A stretch of DNA of 64,000 nucleotides, from positions 32,001 through 96,000 of IMG/VR virus record IMGVR_UViG_3300028601_000023; one strand, written 5' to 3'. The notes under the pieces were generated by a model. The model was not told the DNA's origin. It saw only the letters and a program-made list of their open reading frames with translations, and searched no databases. This DNA is from a virus. Lineage: Duplodnaviria > Caudoviricetes. The position numbers and the translations under genes are program-made. Shown here piece after piece: positions 1-10,272 of this stretch (position 1 is its first letter; every line of letters begins with the position of its first letter).

Positions 1-761
1 TTTCTGGAGTTGGTAAGACTTCATCGATCTCCCATTCATGTGCAATTAACAAACGACCTTTCTTCAGAGTCCAGATTACTAAAGAAACTGTGGATGAAGA
101 TCTCATTGGTGGCATGAAACTTGAAAACGGTAATACTGTTTGGCAAGACGGCCCTGTAATGATTGCATACAAATGTGGTGGAGTATTGCTTCTTGATGAA
201 TGTGATTTGAATAATGCTCTGATGATTTTGCAACCGATCCTTGAATGCAAGCCGTTCTATATCAAGCAGACTGGGGAGCTTGTACACCCCAAAGCAGGAT
301 TCACTGTATTTGCTACGGGTAACTCCAAAGGAACTGGAGAGGATTCACGATTCATTGGAACAACTGTTCTGAATAGTGCATTCCGTGAAAGATTTGCTTT
401 GATGCTTGAACAGGATCTTCCGCCGATCAATATTGAAAAACGGATCATCACTAAACTGATGAAAGACTGGAAGTTCTCGATTGAAAAGAATCTTTTGAAT
501 TCTTTCCTTAAATGGATCGATCTTTCAAGGAAGTCTTATGCTGACGGTAACATCGAAGATTATATTTCAACCCGTAGAGTGCAGCATATACTCCGTGCAT
601 ATAAAATTACATCTGACTTCCGCAAGGCCTTAGATATGTCCCTGACGCTTTATGATAATGTTTCTAAGGAAGCACTAATGTTGCTTTGGGATTCGGTTTA
701 TTCTGCTCAACCGGATACTGATGATCAGCCAGAAAAAGAAGATGATCGCCATCCTTTCTAA
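1..761 (+). CDS. MoxR/CobS-like AAA+ ATPase, 5'-truncated by the window edge
   Basis: The frame is open from base 3 with Walker A SGVGKTS, followed by Walker B LLLDECD, FATGN and AFRERF motifs. Confidence 0.85.
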   Translation, partial: SGVGKTSSISHSCAINKRPFFRVQITKETVDEDLIGGMKLENGNTVWQDGPVMIAYKCGGVLLLDECDLNNALMILQPILECKPFYIKQTGELVHPKAGFTVFATGNSKGTGEDSRFIGTTVLNSAFRERFALMLEQDLPPINIEKRIITKLMKDWKFSIEKNLLNSFLKWIDLSRKSYADGNIEDYISTRRVQHILRAYKITSDFRKALDMSLTLYDNVSKEALMLLWDSVYSAQPDTDDQPEKEDDRHPF

Positions 762-823
762 ATAGTTGACAAACCCACAAAGTCTGTATATACTAATTTT
801 TAACAAACAATAAGGAGTTCTAA

Positions 824-1498
824 ATGAAAATCTGTCCTGAAACACTTACACTTTTGAAACATTTTTCTACTATCAATTCTGGGATCTCGATTGATCCAGG
901 CAATCGGATCTTCTCGAAGTCTGAACTTGGCACCATGATTGCTGTAGCAACTGTAACTGAAACATTTGATAAACAGTTCGTTACAAGCTATCTTGCTAAT
1001 TTCTTAGCAGCCGCTTCTCTGTATGACAATCCAGAATTCAGTTTCGAGTCGACCCACGTTTGTATTGAATCTGATGATGGTTCCCAGAAGACGAAGTTCT
1101 TTTACGGTAATCCAGATCTTGTCAATCAGAAGAACAAGCTTCCAAAGCCGCAGCCTGAAGTTGCTTTTAGTTTCACTCTGAATCGTGAAGCATATGCAAA
1201 AGTATTGAAAGCAGCAGCTACCCTTTCTGCTCCAGACATTTGCTTCAAGGCCTCTGATGGAAAGATCATGATCTCTGCTTTTGATCGGAAGATTTCTACA
1301 AGCTCTTCATTTGAATTGCATGTAGCTGATTGTGATCCTGAACTCGATTATTCATTTTGCTTCAAGAAGCAGTATCTCAACCTGATGAATTCTTTTACAT
1401 ACGAATGTTCAATCTCTACTACATGTCTTGCAGAATTCACGGCTGTTGATTCTCCTTTCTCCGAACTTCGTTTCTTTACCGTCGCTGAACAAGTCTAA
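824..1498 (+). CDS. 45: DNA polymerase sliding clamp (T4 gp45-like)
   Basis: N-terminus MKICPETLTLLKHFSTINSGI resembles gp45; size fits; lies directly upstream of the clamp loader. Confidence 0.9.
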   Translation: MKICPETLTLLKHFSTINSGISIDPGNRIFSKSELGTMIAVATVTETFDKQFVTSYLANFLAAASLYDNPEFSFESTHVCIESDDGSQKTKFFYGNPDLVNQKNKLPKPQPEVAFSFTLNREAYAKVLKAAATLSAPDICFKASDGKIMISAFDRKISTSSSFELHVADCDPELDYSFCFKKQYLNLMNSFTYECSISTTCLAEFTAVDSPFSELRFFTVAEQV

Positions 1499-1501
1499 TA
1501 T

Positions 1502-1520
1502 GGGGCTTCGGCCCCTTTCT
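1502..1520 (+). terminator. Intrinsic terminator-like hairpin with UUCG loop
   Basis: GGGGC-TTCG-GCCCC followed by TTTCT, just after the gp45 stop. Confidence 0.7.
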
Positions 1521-1530
1521 AGGAGAAACA

Positions 1531-2478
1531 ATGTCTGATATATTGAATTCGACCTGGGTGGAGAAATACAGACCTCATTCTATTGACGACTGTATCCTTC
1601 CATCTAGAATTAAAAATGCTTTTAAGTCATCGGTTGAATCGGGGAAGATTCAGAATCTATTGTTGACAGGATGTCAAGGTGCAGGTAAGACCTCTATTGC
1701 ACTAGCATTAGTTGATGACTTAGAAGCAGACTATTTGTTTATTGATGCAAGTACTGATGGCGGAAAGCAAATGATTCAAGATTCAATTGTTCCATTTGCT
1801 TCTACAATATCAATGTCAAATGCAGCAGTACCAAAGATTATCATACTTGATGAAGCAGACGGTTTGACTTCTGCTGCTCAGCTTTCATTGCGTCCGACTA
1901 TCGAAAGGTATGCTGCTACAACACGATTCATCTTTACTGGTAATTATCCAGCCAAGTTTATCAAAGCTATCAAATCTCGGTGTGCTCATTTTGATTTTAA
2001 TATCAGAAAAGAAGATAAGCCTGAGATGCTCTCCCAGTTTCATAAACGATGCTGTATGATTCTTGAAGATAATTCTATACAGTACGACAAAAAAATCCTT
2101 GCTTTCTTTATCAATAAGTTCTTTCCAGACTATAGAAAAGTTATCAATGAACTGCAGTCGTATGCTGCGTCTGTTGGTGTAATTGATGAGGGTATTCTTA
2201 GTATTGGAGATGATGAGATTGCTGCAGTACTATATCCGCTGATTCTCAACCGAAAGTTTGAAGATGCGCGGAAATGGATTCAAGAGACCGCTAATTCTCC
2301 CGAAGATATATATGCATCTCTGTTTTCCAATATGAAAGATCATGTTGAACCAAAGATGATGCCGGCCTTTATTGTTATTCTTGCAGACTATCAGCATAAA
2401 TCTGCTATGGTTGCAAATCAGAATCTCAATACACTTGCGTGTCTTGTTGAGATGATGGGTGCTGTAAATGGCGCGTAA
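1531..2478 (+). CDS. 44: Clamp loader large subunit (gp44, RFC-like)
   Basis: WVEKYRP, Walker A GCQGAGKT, Walker B IILDEAD and the SRC motif. Confidence 0.95.
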   Translation: MSDILNSTWVEKYRPHSIDDCILPSRIKNAFKSSVESGKIQNLLLTGCQGAGKTSIALALVDDLEADYLFIDASTDGGKQMIQDSIVPFASTISMSNAAVPKIIILDEADGLTSAAQLSLRPTIERYAATTRFIFTGNYPAKFIKAIKSRCAHFDFNIRKEDKPEMLSQFHKRCCMILEDNSIQYDKKILAFFINKFFPDYRKVINELQSYAASVGVIDEGILSIGDDEIAAVLYPLILNRKFEDARKWIQETANSPEDIYASLFSNMKDHVEPKMMPAFIVILADYQHKSAMVANQNLNTLACLVEMMGAVNGA

Positions 2479-2998
2479 GAAGAAAGAAGAATACGATGAG
2501 TTAGTTCCACATTCTCAGGTAGTAGAAATAGTGCCTGAGAATGAATCTACAGATCGTAAGGCTATAGGGCTGTTTGATATTATCAACGACATATCAAGTC
2601 ATTCTAATGTCATCTCAGAGCTTATAGAAACGGAAGGATTCCCTAAAGAATATTCAGCGTTCATGATAACCAAAGCATTCGGCAATTTTTATGATACTAT
2701 ACTTCTAGCTAATGAAATGAATTTGCGTCACTGGATTCCTAACGAAGCTCATTATCATTTTCTTTATAATTCTGTTTATCCTCGGAAGAGATTTTCCAAA
2801 TGGTATAAACAGACTTCTGATGAAAACTTCTCTCACATCGCAAAGGTATTAAATATTTCAGAACGCGTACTGCGACTGATTTACAAAAACATTCCCAAGG
2901 AGTCTATTGATGCTATACTTGAATACAAAGACGGACAAGTCGAAACCAAAAAATCGGCCTCTATCAAAACAACCAAAAAGAAAAGCAAACGCTCTTAA
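2468..2998 (+). CDS. 62: Clamp loader small subunit (gp62)
   Basis: ANEMN...HYHFLYNSVYPRKRFSKW motif; follows gp44. Confidence 0.85.
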   Translation: MARKKKEEYDELVPHSQVVEIVPENESTDRKAIGLFDIINDISSHSNVISELIETEGFPKEYSAFMITKAFGNFYDTILLANEMNLRHWIPNEAHYHFLYNSVYPRKRFSKWYKQTSDENFSHIAKVLNISERVLRLIYKNIPKESIDAILEYKDGQVETKKSASIKTTKKKSKRS

Positions 2999-3743
2999 TG
3001 ATTCAAAAAATATCAAGTTCAACGAAAAAATAGTCGAAAAACCAAATGGAGAACAGATCACACTGTGGAGTTATTTTGTAACTACCAATATGGTACAACT
3101 GCAGGATGATTATCCACCGTTCCCTTCTACATGTGTAGATCTATATTTGTATAATGAAATTCAAGATGTAGAACTATATACTGAAGTATTTCATCTATTG
3201 CGGAATCTTGAAAAACCAGATGAACTGCATATTTACATTAACTCTCCCGGTGGTTCTGTAAATACTACAGCATCTTTCCTTGCTGTTATCAGTGAACTAC
3301 CATGCATTATTGTAACACATATCGACGGTGTTGCTGCATCTGCTGCATTCATCCTTGCTCTGACCGGTGACTATATTGAAATTGGACCTTACTCTTCTTT
3401 AATGGCTCACAACTTCTCTCTTTCTACATTCCATACTGATGGAGCTAATCTGTCTAAGTACTTGGATTCTATGAAAGCTACATATCGTGAGATGTTGTTT
3501 GAATATGGTACTAAGATTCTATCTGAAGAAGAGATCAAAGGAATTCTTGATCATGGCCACGAATTACATCTAACAGCACAAGAAGCAAAGACCAGATTCG
3601 AAGCTTATATTGACCGGAAGAAAAAAGAAGCTGAAGCAAAAACAAAGGTTAAGCGTAAAACTATCAAAAAGAAGCTCTGTTCAACTGATCTACCACCAGA
3701 ACAAGAAGATGCTCTTGTCAATGATCTTGTTGAAGCAGACTAA
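2907..3743 (+). CDS. ClpP-like serine protease (true start probably further downstream)
   Basis: IYINSPGGSV, AASAA (catalytic Ser) and LMAHN (His). Confidence 0.85.
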   Translation: MMLYLNTKTDKSKPKNRPLSKQPKRKANALNDSKNIKFNEKIVEKPNGEQITLWSYFVTTNMVQLQDDYPPFPSTCVDLYLYNEIQDVELYTEVFHLLRNLEKPDELHIYINSPGGSVNTTASFLAVISELPCIIVTHIDGVAASAAFILALTGDYIEIGPYSSLMAHNFSLSTFHTDGANLSKYLDSMKATYREMLFEYGTKILSEEEIKGILDHGHELHLTAQEAKTRFEAYIDRKKKEAEAKTKVKRKTIKKKLCSTDLPPEQEDALVNDLVEAD

Positions 3744-3814
3744 TTGACAGACCATCAGTTTTAGTATAGGATCTATTTTTAATGGGTCCTAATTTATTTT
3801 AACACGGAGGAAGA

Positions 3815-6526
3815 GTGCAGTATCTAAATGTATACAGGGGCAGACGCGGTTTATGTGTACGGGAGCATGATGGAAAAAAAGAGATTCGTAAAAGGTTAAC
3901 ATTCAAACCTTCTCTCTATGCTCGATGTTCTGATGGATCAGCAGATTTTATGGATTTTTATGGCGGTCCTGTCCAGAAGATAACCTTTGATTCTATGTAT
4001 GAGATGAAGAACCATGTTAAGAATTATGGCGATATGCCTGGGGAACTGTGGGGTAATACTAATCCAGTCTATCAGTATATCTATGAGACATATAAAGACG
4101 AGCCGAATCCAAATAACGTCAATATAGCTTTCCTTGACATCGAAGTACTATCAAAACAATTGATAAATGGAGAATGGGTTGATGGCGGATTTCCTGTTGC
4201 ATCAGAAGCAAAGTTCCCAGTCAATGCTATCTGTCAATATAACTCAAATAAAAAACGATTTGTAGTATATACAACTGCTCTATGGAATGTCAGTGAGTCT
4301 ATTCTGAAGTATAAAGATCTTGTTGATTATGTGTATTGTAAATCAGAAGAAGAGCTGATCGAAAAATGGTTATATGCATGGGAATCTGATACACCAGCTA
4401 TTCTAACTGGATGGAATGTTCTAAGTTTCGACGTTACATATATGATCAATAGAATAAAGATTGTTCTTGGTGAAGACGAAACAAAGCGTTTATCTCCTTG
4501 GGGTGTTATTGATTCTAGAGAAACAAAGAATAATTTTGGACAATCTGAGATCTCTTATTCTATCGCCGGTGTCGCTATTCTAGACTATATTGATCTCTAC
4601 AAGAAATATCGTTATAAACCTCGTGAGAAATACACACTTTCCTTTATTGCTAAATGTGAACTGAAGGAAGATGAATACAAGTTGGAATATGAAGGATCGT
4701 TGAATAATCTTTATTATGACAATCCGACATATTTTGTTGACTACAACATCAATGACGTATTCTTGATCACAAAGTTTGAAGAGACATTACAGTTTGTACA
4801 GATTGCAGTATTCCTAGCATACTTTGCTGGCATTAACATTGAAGATTCATTTAGTCCAATTAGAATATGGGATACTCTGATCTATCGAGAATGTGAGAAC
4901 CGTGGTATTGCTATTCCAATGGATAAAATGTCAGAAGCAGTTGAATATGAAGGCGCTTTTGTCATGGATCCTATTCCTGGACTAAAGAAATGTATTGTCA
5001 GTTTCGACTTGACATCGCTGTATCCATCCATTATGAGACAATGGGCTATTGGTAAAGACAAGCATATATCTGGATCTGCTCATATTGATCTGATGAACGG
5101 ACTAATAGAAGTACTACAAAATGAACAAAATTCAAATGCTTCTCGACAAATTCTTACAGACATTCAACAAAAAGGTGGTTTTGGAGAATATTATATTGAA
5201 AATGATATTCCAGAATGTATGACTGAATATCTTGAAAAGAATAAAGTGACCATGACTGTCAATAATCAGTTCTTTTCTATCGAAGGTGAATCTGTTTTTG
5301 CTTACTTGATTAACAAACTCTTCAAGGAACGAAAAGAAAACAAGAAAATGTCACAAGATTTTAAAAATCTTGCTAAAAATGAATCGGATTCAGTATTAAA
5401 AAAAGAATACCTATTAAAGGCCGAAATCTTTAACGTATTACAGCTAGTGAAAAAAATCGCCCTGAATTCCTGTTATGGGGCTATCGGATCTAGATTCTTT
5501 AGATACTATACTCCTGCAATGGCCGAAGCTATTACTCTATCAGGACAGATGATCATTAAGAAGTCTTCTCATAAGATTAATGATTATGTAAATAAATTGT
5601 TGAAAAATACTAATAATTTCAATTATTTAGTGTATAGTGATACGGATTCGTCATATTTTGAATTATTCGACATTTTGGAAAAGTACTGTCCAAAAGACTA
5701 TACAGCTGATCAGAAAACAGATTTTATGGATGCAGTCTGTAAACGTATTGAATCTCAGTGCCTCGCTCCTTTATATGAAAAGATGCATAAAGAATTGAAT
5801 TGTCATCCAGATAACAAAGCTCTGCATATGGACCGAGAAGTCATTGCTGTTGGAGCAGACAAAACTGGAACATGTGGATTCTGGACCGGTAAGAAACGAT
5901 ATGCTCTATTAGTAAATGACATGGAAGACTATAGATATCCAGAACCAAAGATGAAGGTCATGGGTCTAGCATCTATTCAGTCATCTACTCCAGAGATTTG
6001 TAGAAAAGATCTATCAGTTTCAGAAAAGATGCTGATTACTGAAGGAGTAGAAGCTGTTAGAACATATATTGAAGAAGTCTATACTCGGTTTATGTCTAAA
6101 TCCCCTGAAGAAATAGCTCTACCAAAATCTGTTTCAGACGTATCAAAATATGTAGACCCTCAAACTGGTCTACCGTGGGTTGGTGAATGGTATGATCATA
6201 AAAATCAGAAGACACGGAACGGCGGTGTTCCAATTCAGAGTTCTGCTGCAGTCAACTACAATTTTCTGATAAATAAATTTGGTCTATCAAAAAAATATCA
6301 GAAAATACTTGATGGAGACAAGATCAAATTCATTCACTTATATGACAATCCATATAGATTCAAAGTGATTGGATTCAACGATGTTCTTCCAGAGGAATTC
6401 GGACTGCACAAATATATCAACTATGAGGCCCACTATGAAAAGGCTTTTCTGTCTCCTCTACGTGATATTCTAACAGCTTGTAGTCTCCAACTCGAAAAAA
6501 CAGTCTCCATTGATGATTTCTTCTAG
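3815..6526 (+). CDS. 43: Family B DNA polymerase (gp43)
   Basis: Exonuclease motif FLDIEV, then SFDLTSLYPSI, KIALNSCYG, YSDTDS and KKRY; GGAGG RBS with GTG start. Confidence 0.97.
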   Translation: MQYLNVYRGRRGLCVREHDGKKEIRKRLTFKPSLYARCSDGSADFMDFYGGPVQKITFDSMYEMKNHVKNYGDMPGELWGNTNPVYQYIYETYKDEPNPNNVNIAFLDIEVLSKQLINGEWVDGGFPVASEAKFPVNAICQYNSNKKRFVVYTTALWNVSESILKYKDLVDYVYCKSEEELIEKWLYAWESDTPAILTGWNVLSFDVTYMINRIKIVLGEDETKRLSPWGVIDSRETKNNFGQSEISYSIAGVAILDYIDLYKKYRYKPREKYTLSFIAKCELKEDEYKLEYEGSLNNLYYDNPTYFVDYNINDVFLITKFEETLQFVQIAVFLAYFAGINIEDSFSPIRIWDTLIYRECENRGIAIPMDKMSEAVEYEGAFVMDPIPGLKKCIVSFDLTSLYPSIMRQWAIGKDKHISGSAHIDLMNGLIEVLQNEQNSNASRQILTDIQQKGGFGEYYIENDIPECMTEYLEKNKVTMTVNNQFFSIEGESVFAYLINKLFKERKENKKMSQDFKNLAKNESDSVLKKEYLLKAEIFNVLQLVKKIALNSCYGAIGSRFFRYYTPAMAEAITLSGQMIIKKSSHKINDYVNKLLKNTNNFNYLVYSDTDSSYFELFDILEKYCPKDYTADQKTDFMDAVCKRIESQCLAPLYEKMHKELNCHPDNKALHMDREVIAVGADKTGTCGFWTGKKRYALLVNDMEDYRYPEPKMKVMGLASIQSSTPEICRKDLSVSEKMLITEGVEAVRTYIEEVYTRFMSKSPEEIALPKSVSDVSKYVDPQTGLPWVGEWYDHKNQKTRNGGVPIQSSAAVNYNFLINKFGLSKKYQKILDGDKIKFIHLYDNPYRFKVIGFNDVLPEEFGLHKYINYEAHYEKAFLSPLRDILTACSLQLEKTVSIDDFF

Positions 6527-6774
6527 GAGAATTCATGAACGAGCTTTGTCCGTGCTATTTGTGCAGGTATCTAAATCGAGACGTAAAGGGTTTATATGCT
6601 TGCACAAAAGATCCGCTAAACATTAGATATGCAAGAAGAGATTACTATTATGAACTATTGTCAGAATGTCCTCTAGGATTTATGTATTTTATTCAACCAG
6701 ATAGCAGAATTGCATTTACTCGTTGACATATCTAATTTTACTTGATATTGTCTGATATTGATTTGGAGGCAAAT

Positions 6775-7449
6775 ATGATATTAGTCTGTGGAGATCTTCA
6801 TGGAAGATGGAGAATGCTAAATGCTCTAATCAACAAAAAACAACCAACTATCATTTTGCAATGTGGAGATTTCGGAATCTTCGAAAAGTTCAACTGTTTT
6901 GTAGAAGACATAAACACACAAAACACAAAGATCTATTTCTGTGATGGAAACCATGAGAACTTTGACATTCTAGACGATCTTCGGAACAAACATGGAAACG
7001 TTCCGATTGAATATGTTAAAAATATATTCTACTGTCCTCGTGGGTCTGTTCTAGAACTACCTGATAAACGTAAAGTATTGTTTATGGGAGGAGCTGATTC
7101 TATTGATAAGAATTATAGAACTATTGGAGTAGATTGGTTCAAACAGGAAATCATCTCTCAATCAGATATAGATGGCCTTCCAGAAACAGATATCGATATT
7201 GTTATATCTCATACATGTCCGCTTTCTGTCCTTGGATATCTTAATGATGCATGGGTCCGAGACATTAGACAAAGAGATCCGTCTGTAGTTGCTTTGGATA
7301 TTGTCTATGAGAAATACAGACCGAAAGAATGGTACTTTGGACATTGGCACGTTTATAAGAAATTTAAACATGAGCAAACAGTTTTTACTGCTCTGTCTCA
7401 TAATAGATCAGAACAACAATGGTGGGTAACTTTACAGGAGGATATTTAA
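6775..7449 (+). CDS. Calcineurin-like metallophosphoesterase
   Basis: GDLHG, CGDFG, DGNHEN and FGHWH motifs; ATG at 6775 follows GGAGG. Confidence 0.9.
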   Translation: MILVCGDLHGRWRMLNALINKKQPTIILQCGDFGIFEKFNCFVEDINTQNTKIYFCDGNHENFDILDDLRNKHGNVPIEYVKNIFYCPRGSVLELPDKRKVLFMGGADSIDKNYRTIGVDWFKQEIISQSDIDGLPETDIDIVISHTCPLSVLGYLNDAWVRDIRQRDPSVVALDIVYEKYRPKEWYFGHWHVYKKFKHEQTVFTALSHNRSEQQWWVTLQEDI

Positions 7450-8360
7450 TGTCTAAATTAATGGAAAGGATTTTGAAGAACAGTACTACTAAACATGCCG
7501 CTATGCTTTATGATTCTGTTATGTTTAAGGATAAAGATATTATCTCAACTGATATTCCGGTTATAAATATTGCATTTTCCGGTGAATTAGATGGTGGGAT
7601 CATTTCTGGTTTAACACTTCTTGCTGGTCCGTCTAAAGTTTTCAAATCTATGCTTGCGCTTGTTTGTGTAAAAGCATTTCTTGATAAGTATAAAGATGCA
7701 GTTTGTATTTTTTATGATTCAGAGGGTGGCATTACTCCTGATTATCTTTGTTCGTTGGGAATCGATCCAACGCGAGTAGTGCATATTCCGATTGAACATA
7801 TAGAAATGCTTAAGTTTGATATTGTAAAACAGCTTCAAGAAGTAGATAGAAAGGATAAAGTTATTATTGTTATAGATTCTATAGGAAATACTGCAAGTCT
7901 AAAAGAACTTGAAGATGCTATCAATGAAAAGTCTGTTGCAGAAATGCAGAGAGCAAAAAGCATTAAAGGTCTGTTTAGAATGGTAACACCTTCTTTAGTA
8001 ACCAAGGATATTCCCTGCATTGCTATATGTCATACATACCAAGAGATGGGGCTGTATCCCAAACAAATAATTTCAGGGGGATGTCTGCTTCCAGGAACCA
8101 AAGTTATTTTGGCAGATGGATCAACAAAAAATATAGAAGAAGTCGTTATTGGCGATCAAGTAAAAACTTCTTCTGGTATCTCTGATGTTTACGCTATATG
8201 GAATCCAGACACATTGGAAGATGGTTCTCCTGAATGTTATGAAATAGAACTAGAAGATGGATATATCATTAGATGTTCTGAGAATCACAAGTTCTTGGTC
8301 AATGGAGAATGGAGAGTGGCAAAAGACCTAACCAGCGGAATGGATTTAGATACGATTTAA
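7449..8360 (+). CDS. uvsX: UvsX recombinase N-terminal part fused to a split-intein N-half
   Basis: Walker A AGPSKVFKS and IDSIGN; the UvsX sequence stops at ISGG and continues as CLLPGTKV...CSENHKFL up to a stop codon. Confidence 0.93.
   Translation: MSKLMERILKNSTTKHAAMLYDSVMFKDKDIISTDIPVINIAFSGELDGGIISGLTLLAGPSKVFKSMLALVCVKAFLDKYKDAVCIFYDSEGGITPDYLCSLGIDPTRVVHIPIEHIEMLKFDIVKQLQEVDRKDKVIIVIDSIGNTASLKELEDAINEKSVAEMQRAKSIKGLFRMVTPSLVTKDIPCIAICHTYQEMGLYPKQIISGGCLLPGTKVILADGSTKNIEEVVIGDQVKTSSGISDVYAIWNPDTLEDGSPECYEIELEDGYIIRCSENHKFLVNGEWRVAKDLTSGMDLDTI
8082..8357 (+). mobile_element. Split intein N-half (IntN, 92 aa)
   Basis: Block A CLLPGTKVILADG with Cys1; block B IRCSENHKFLV. Confidence 0.92.
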
Positions 8361-8367
8361 TTCTTTG

Positions 8368-8422
8368 TCTCCTCTCATCATGTCTTTGATAAATAATATC
8401 GAAATAACATGATGAGAGGAGA
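8368..8422 (+). promoter_or_regulatory. RBS-sequestering hairpin with a late-promoter-like GATAAATA in its loop
   Basis: Perfect 16-bp inverted repeat (8368-8383 / 8407-8422) whose 3' arm covers AGGAGA; GATAAATA lies at 8388-8395. Confidence 0.8.
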
Positions 8423-8427
8423 TTTTA

Positions 8428-9737
8428 ATGAGACAAAGGTTTAATGAAGAACTGCAACAATACTTATGGTCTAAATACCCATTTGAATTTAAATTTTCGC
8501 CGTCAAAAGAACATACGTTTTGGACATTATATAAACAAAAAGAAGATTTTCGTCCTGAAGTAGACAAAAGCTTATCACACATGGCAACGCTTTCAAATTA
8601 TCCATTCTTTTGGTATAATCTTGGATGTAGTATAGACGACGCATTTAAATATTCTGCAACTAAAGGATATAAAGTATGTCAGTGGTGCGAGAAAATTTAT
8701 CATCTTGATACGAGATATAAGTCATGCTGCTCTGAAGAATGTTATAAACAGAATAGATTAAGAGGAAATGCACGATTAAGCGAGTCAAAACTAAAATATA
8801 ATAGCAGAGATCCAAAACAATATGCGATTAGACATAATATTTCAGTTGAAGAGGCGGCAGCAATAGTAGATGATTTTGTTAATGGCGGATCTGTTAGAAG
8901 AAAAGAATATTGGACTAAACGTGGATATACTGAAGAAGAAGCTATTCTAAAAGTATCAGAAGTTCAATCTAGGTGTTCTGCTCGATGTATAGTTACTGGG
9001 AAGAAAGAGGATATTCTCCTGAGGAAGCGAAGACCAAAGTATCAGAAATTCAAAGAGAAGCATGTATGCACTATCACGATAATGCTTCTAAAGAAGTTCA
9101 CCAGCAAAATAGTTCTTGGTGTGTTGATTTTTGGGTCAAACGTGGACATACTATATCTGAAAGCAAACGTATAATATCAACACGAGCCAAAGCATATTCA
9201 AAAGTGCAATTGTTAAAATATACAGAACAAGAAAGAAGAGAGTATAATCCAATGTGTTTAGATTATTGGATCAAGAAACATGGAAGAAAGTTAGCAAAAA
9301 TAAAATATGCTGAATATAAAACAACCGTTTCCAATTTAACTTTTCGGTCAAAAGTTGCTGATTGCTTTTTCTCTGAGTTATCTTCATATTTTAAATCAGA
9401 CACACAATTATACAGTGAAAGAGAAATGTGTTTATTATTACCAAATGGAAATTATATAAAACCCGACTATATAAATGTTGAAAGAAATATATGTGTAGAA
9501 TTTTTTGGTGACTATTGGCATGCAAATCCAAAGAAATATAAAGCAACTGATGTTATTTCTTATCCAAATAAAACAAAACGTTTAGCAAAGGATATTTGGA
9601 CGGCTGATGCAATACGAATTGACAACTTGACTAGAATGGGATATAATGTTTTAATTGTGTGGGAACAAGATTATTATAAAAATTCAAAAGAATTGATAGA
9701 AAAGACTGTACAGGAGATAAAAAATGAAAATATCTAA
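8428..9737 (+). pseudogene. Free-standing Vsr/DUF559-like homing endonuclease, frameshifted near 8992
   Basis: Two overlapping ORFs (8428-9174 and 8973-9737) share a YWxxRGYxxEEAxxKVSExQ repeat; the C-terminus has KPDY..VEFFGDYWH..D..R..GYNVLIVWE. Confidence 0.8.
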
Positions 9738-10272
9738 TATTAAACCAATCGGCAAGCATGATGTATATGATATTGCTGTAACAGATGATGAACATTATAT
9801 TCTTGAAAATGGTGTAATATCACATAATAGTGGCCTTATCTATTCTGCAAATCAAGCATTTATTATTGGAAAATCACAAGTTAAAGAAGGAACTGATATT
9901 GTCGGGTACAACTTTACAATCAATGTTGAGAAATCTAGATTTGTAAGAGAAAAATCTAAATTACCTTTTACTGTAACATATGAAAATGGTATTATGAAAT
10001 ACTCTGGTTTACTTGACATTGCATTGGAATCTGGACATTGTATCAAGCCTTCCAATGGGTGGTATTGTCGTGTTATAGATGGTGTTACAGAAGATAAAAA
10101 ATATAGATTGAAAGATACTCATACTGCTCAATTCTGGGATCAGATTTTGAATTCTGAATCCTTTAAAGAATATATTAAAGCACGGTATCAGCTCGGCGCT
10201 GTAAAAATGGTAAGTGAAGCCGATCAAATTGTAGAGAACATTGAAGACGAGAAAGAATATGCTCTCAACTGA
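9724..10272 (+). CDS. uvsX: Split-intein C-half (35 aa, 9724-9828) fused to the UvsX C-terminal part
   Basis: VYDIAVTDDEHYILENGVISHN|S, then SGLIYSANQAFIIGK...NVEKSRFVREKSK...YSGLLDIALE; has its own AGGAG RBS. Confidence 0.93.
   Translation: MKISNIKPIGKHDVYDIAVTDDEHYILENGVISHNSGLIYSANQAFIIGKSQVKEGTDIVGYNFTINVEKSRFVREKSKLPFTVTYENGIMKYSGLLDIALESGHCIKPSNGWYCRVIDGVTEDKKYRLKDTHTAQFWDQILNSESFKEYIKARYQLGAVKMVSEADQIVENIEDEKEYALN

Noticed and set aside
3767-3791. Hairpin upstream of gene 43 as an autogenous translational operator
   Set aside because: The stem is weak and depends on G-U pairs, and its 5' arm overlaps the predicted -10 box.
8360-9724. Group I intron in uvsX
   Set aside because: Both flanks encode intein halves, the gap is almost fully coding, and there is no room for a ribozyme core.
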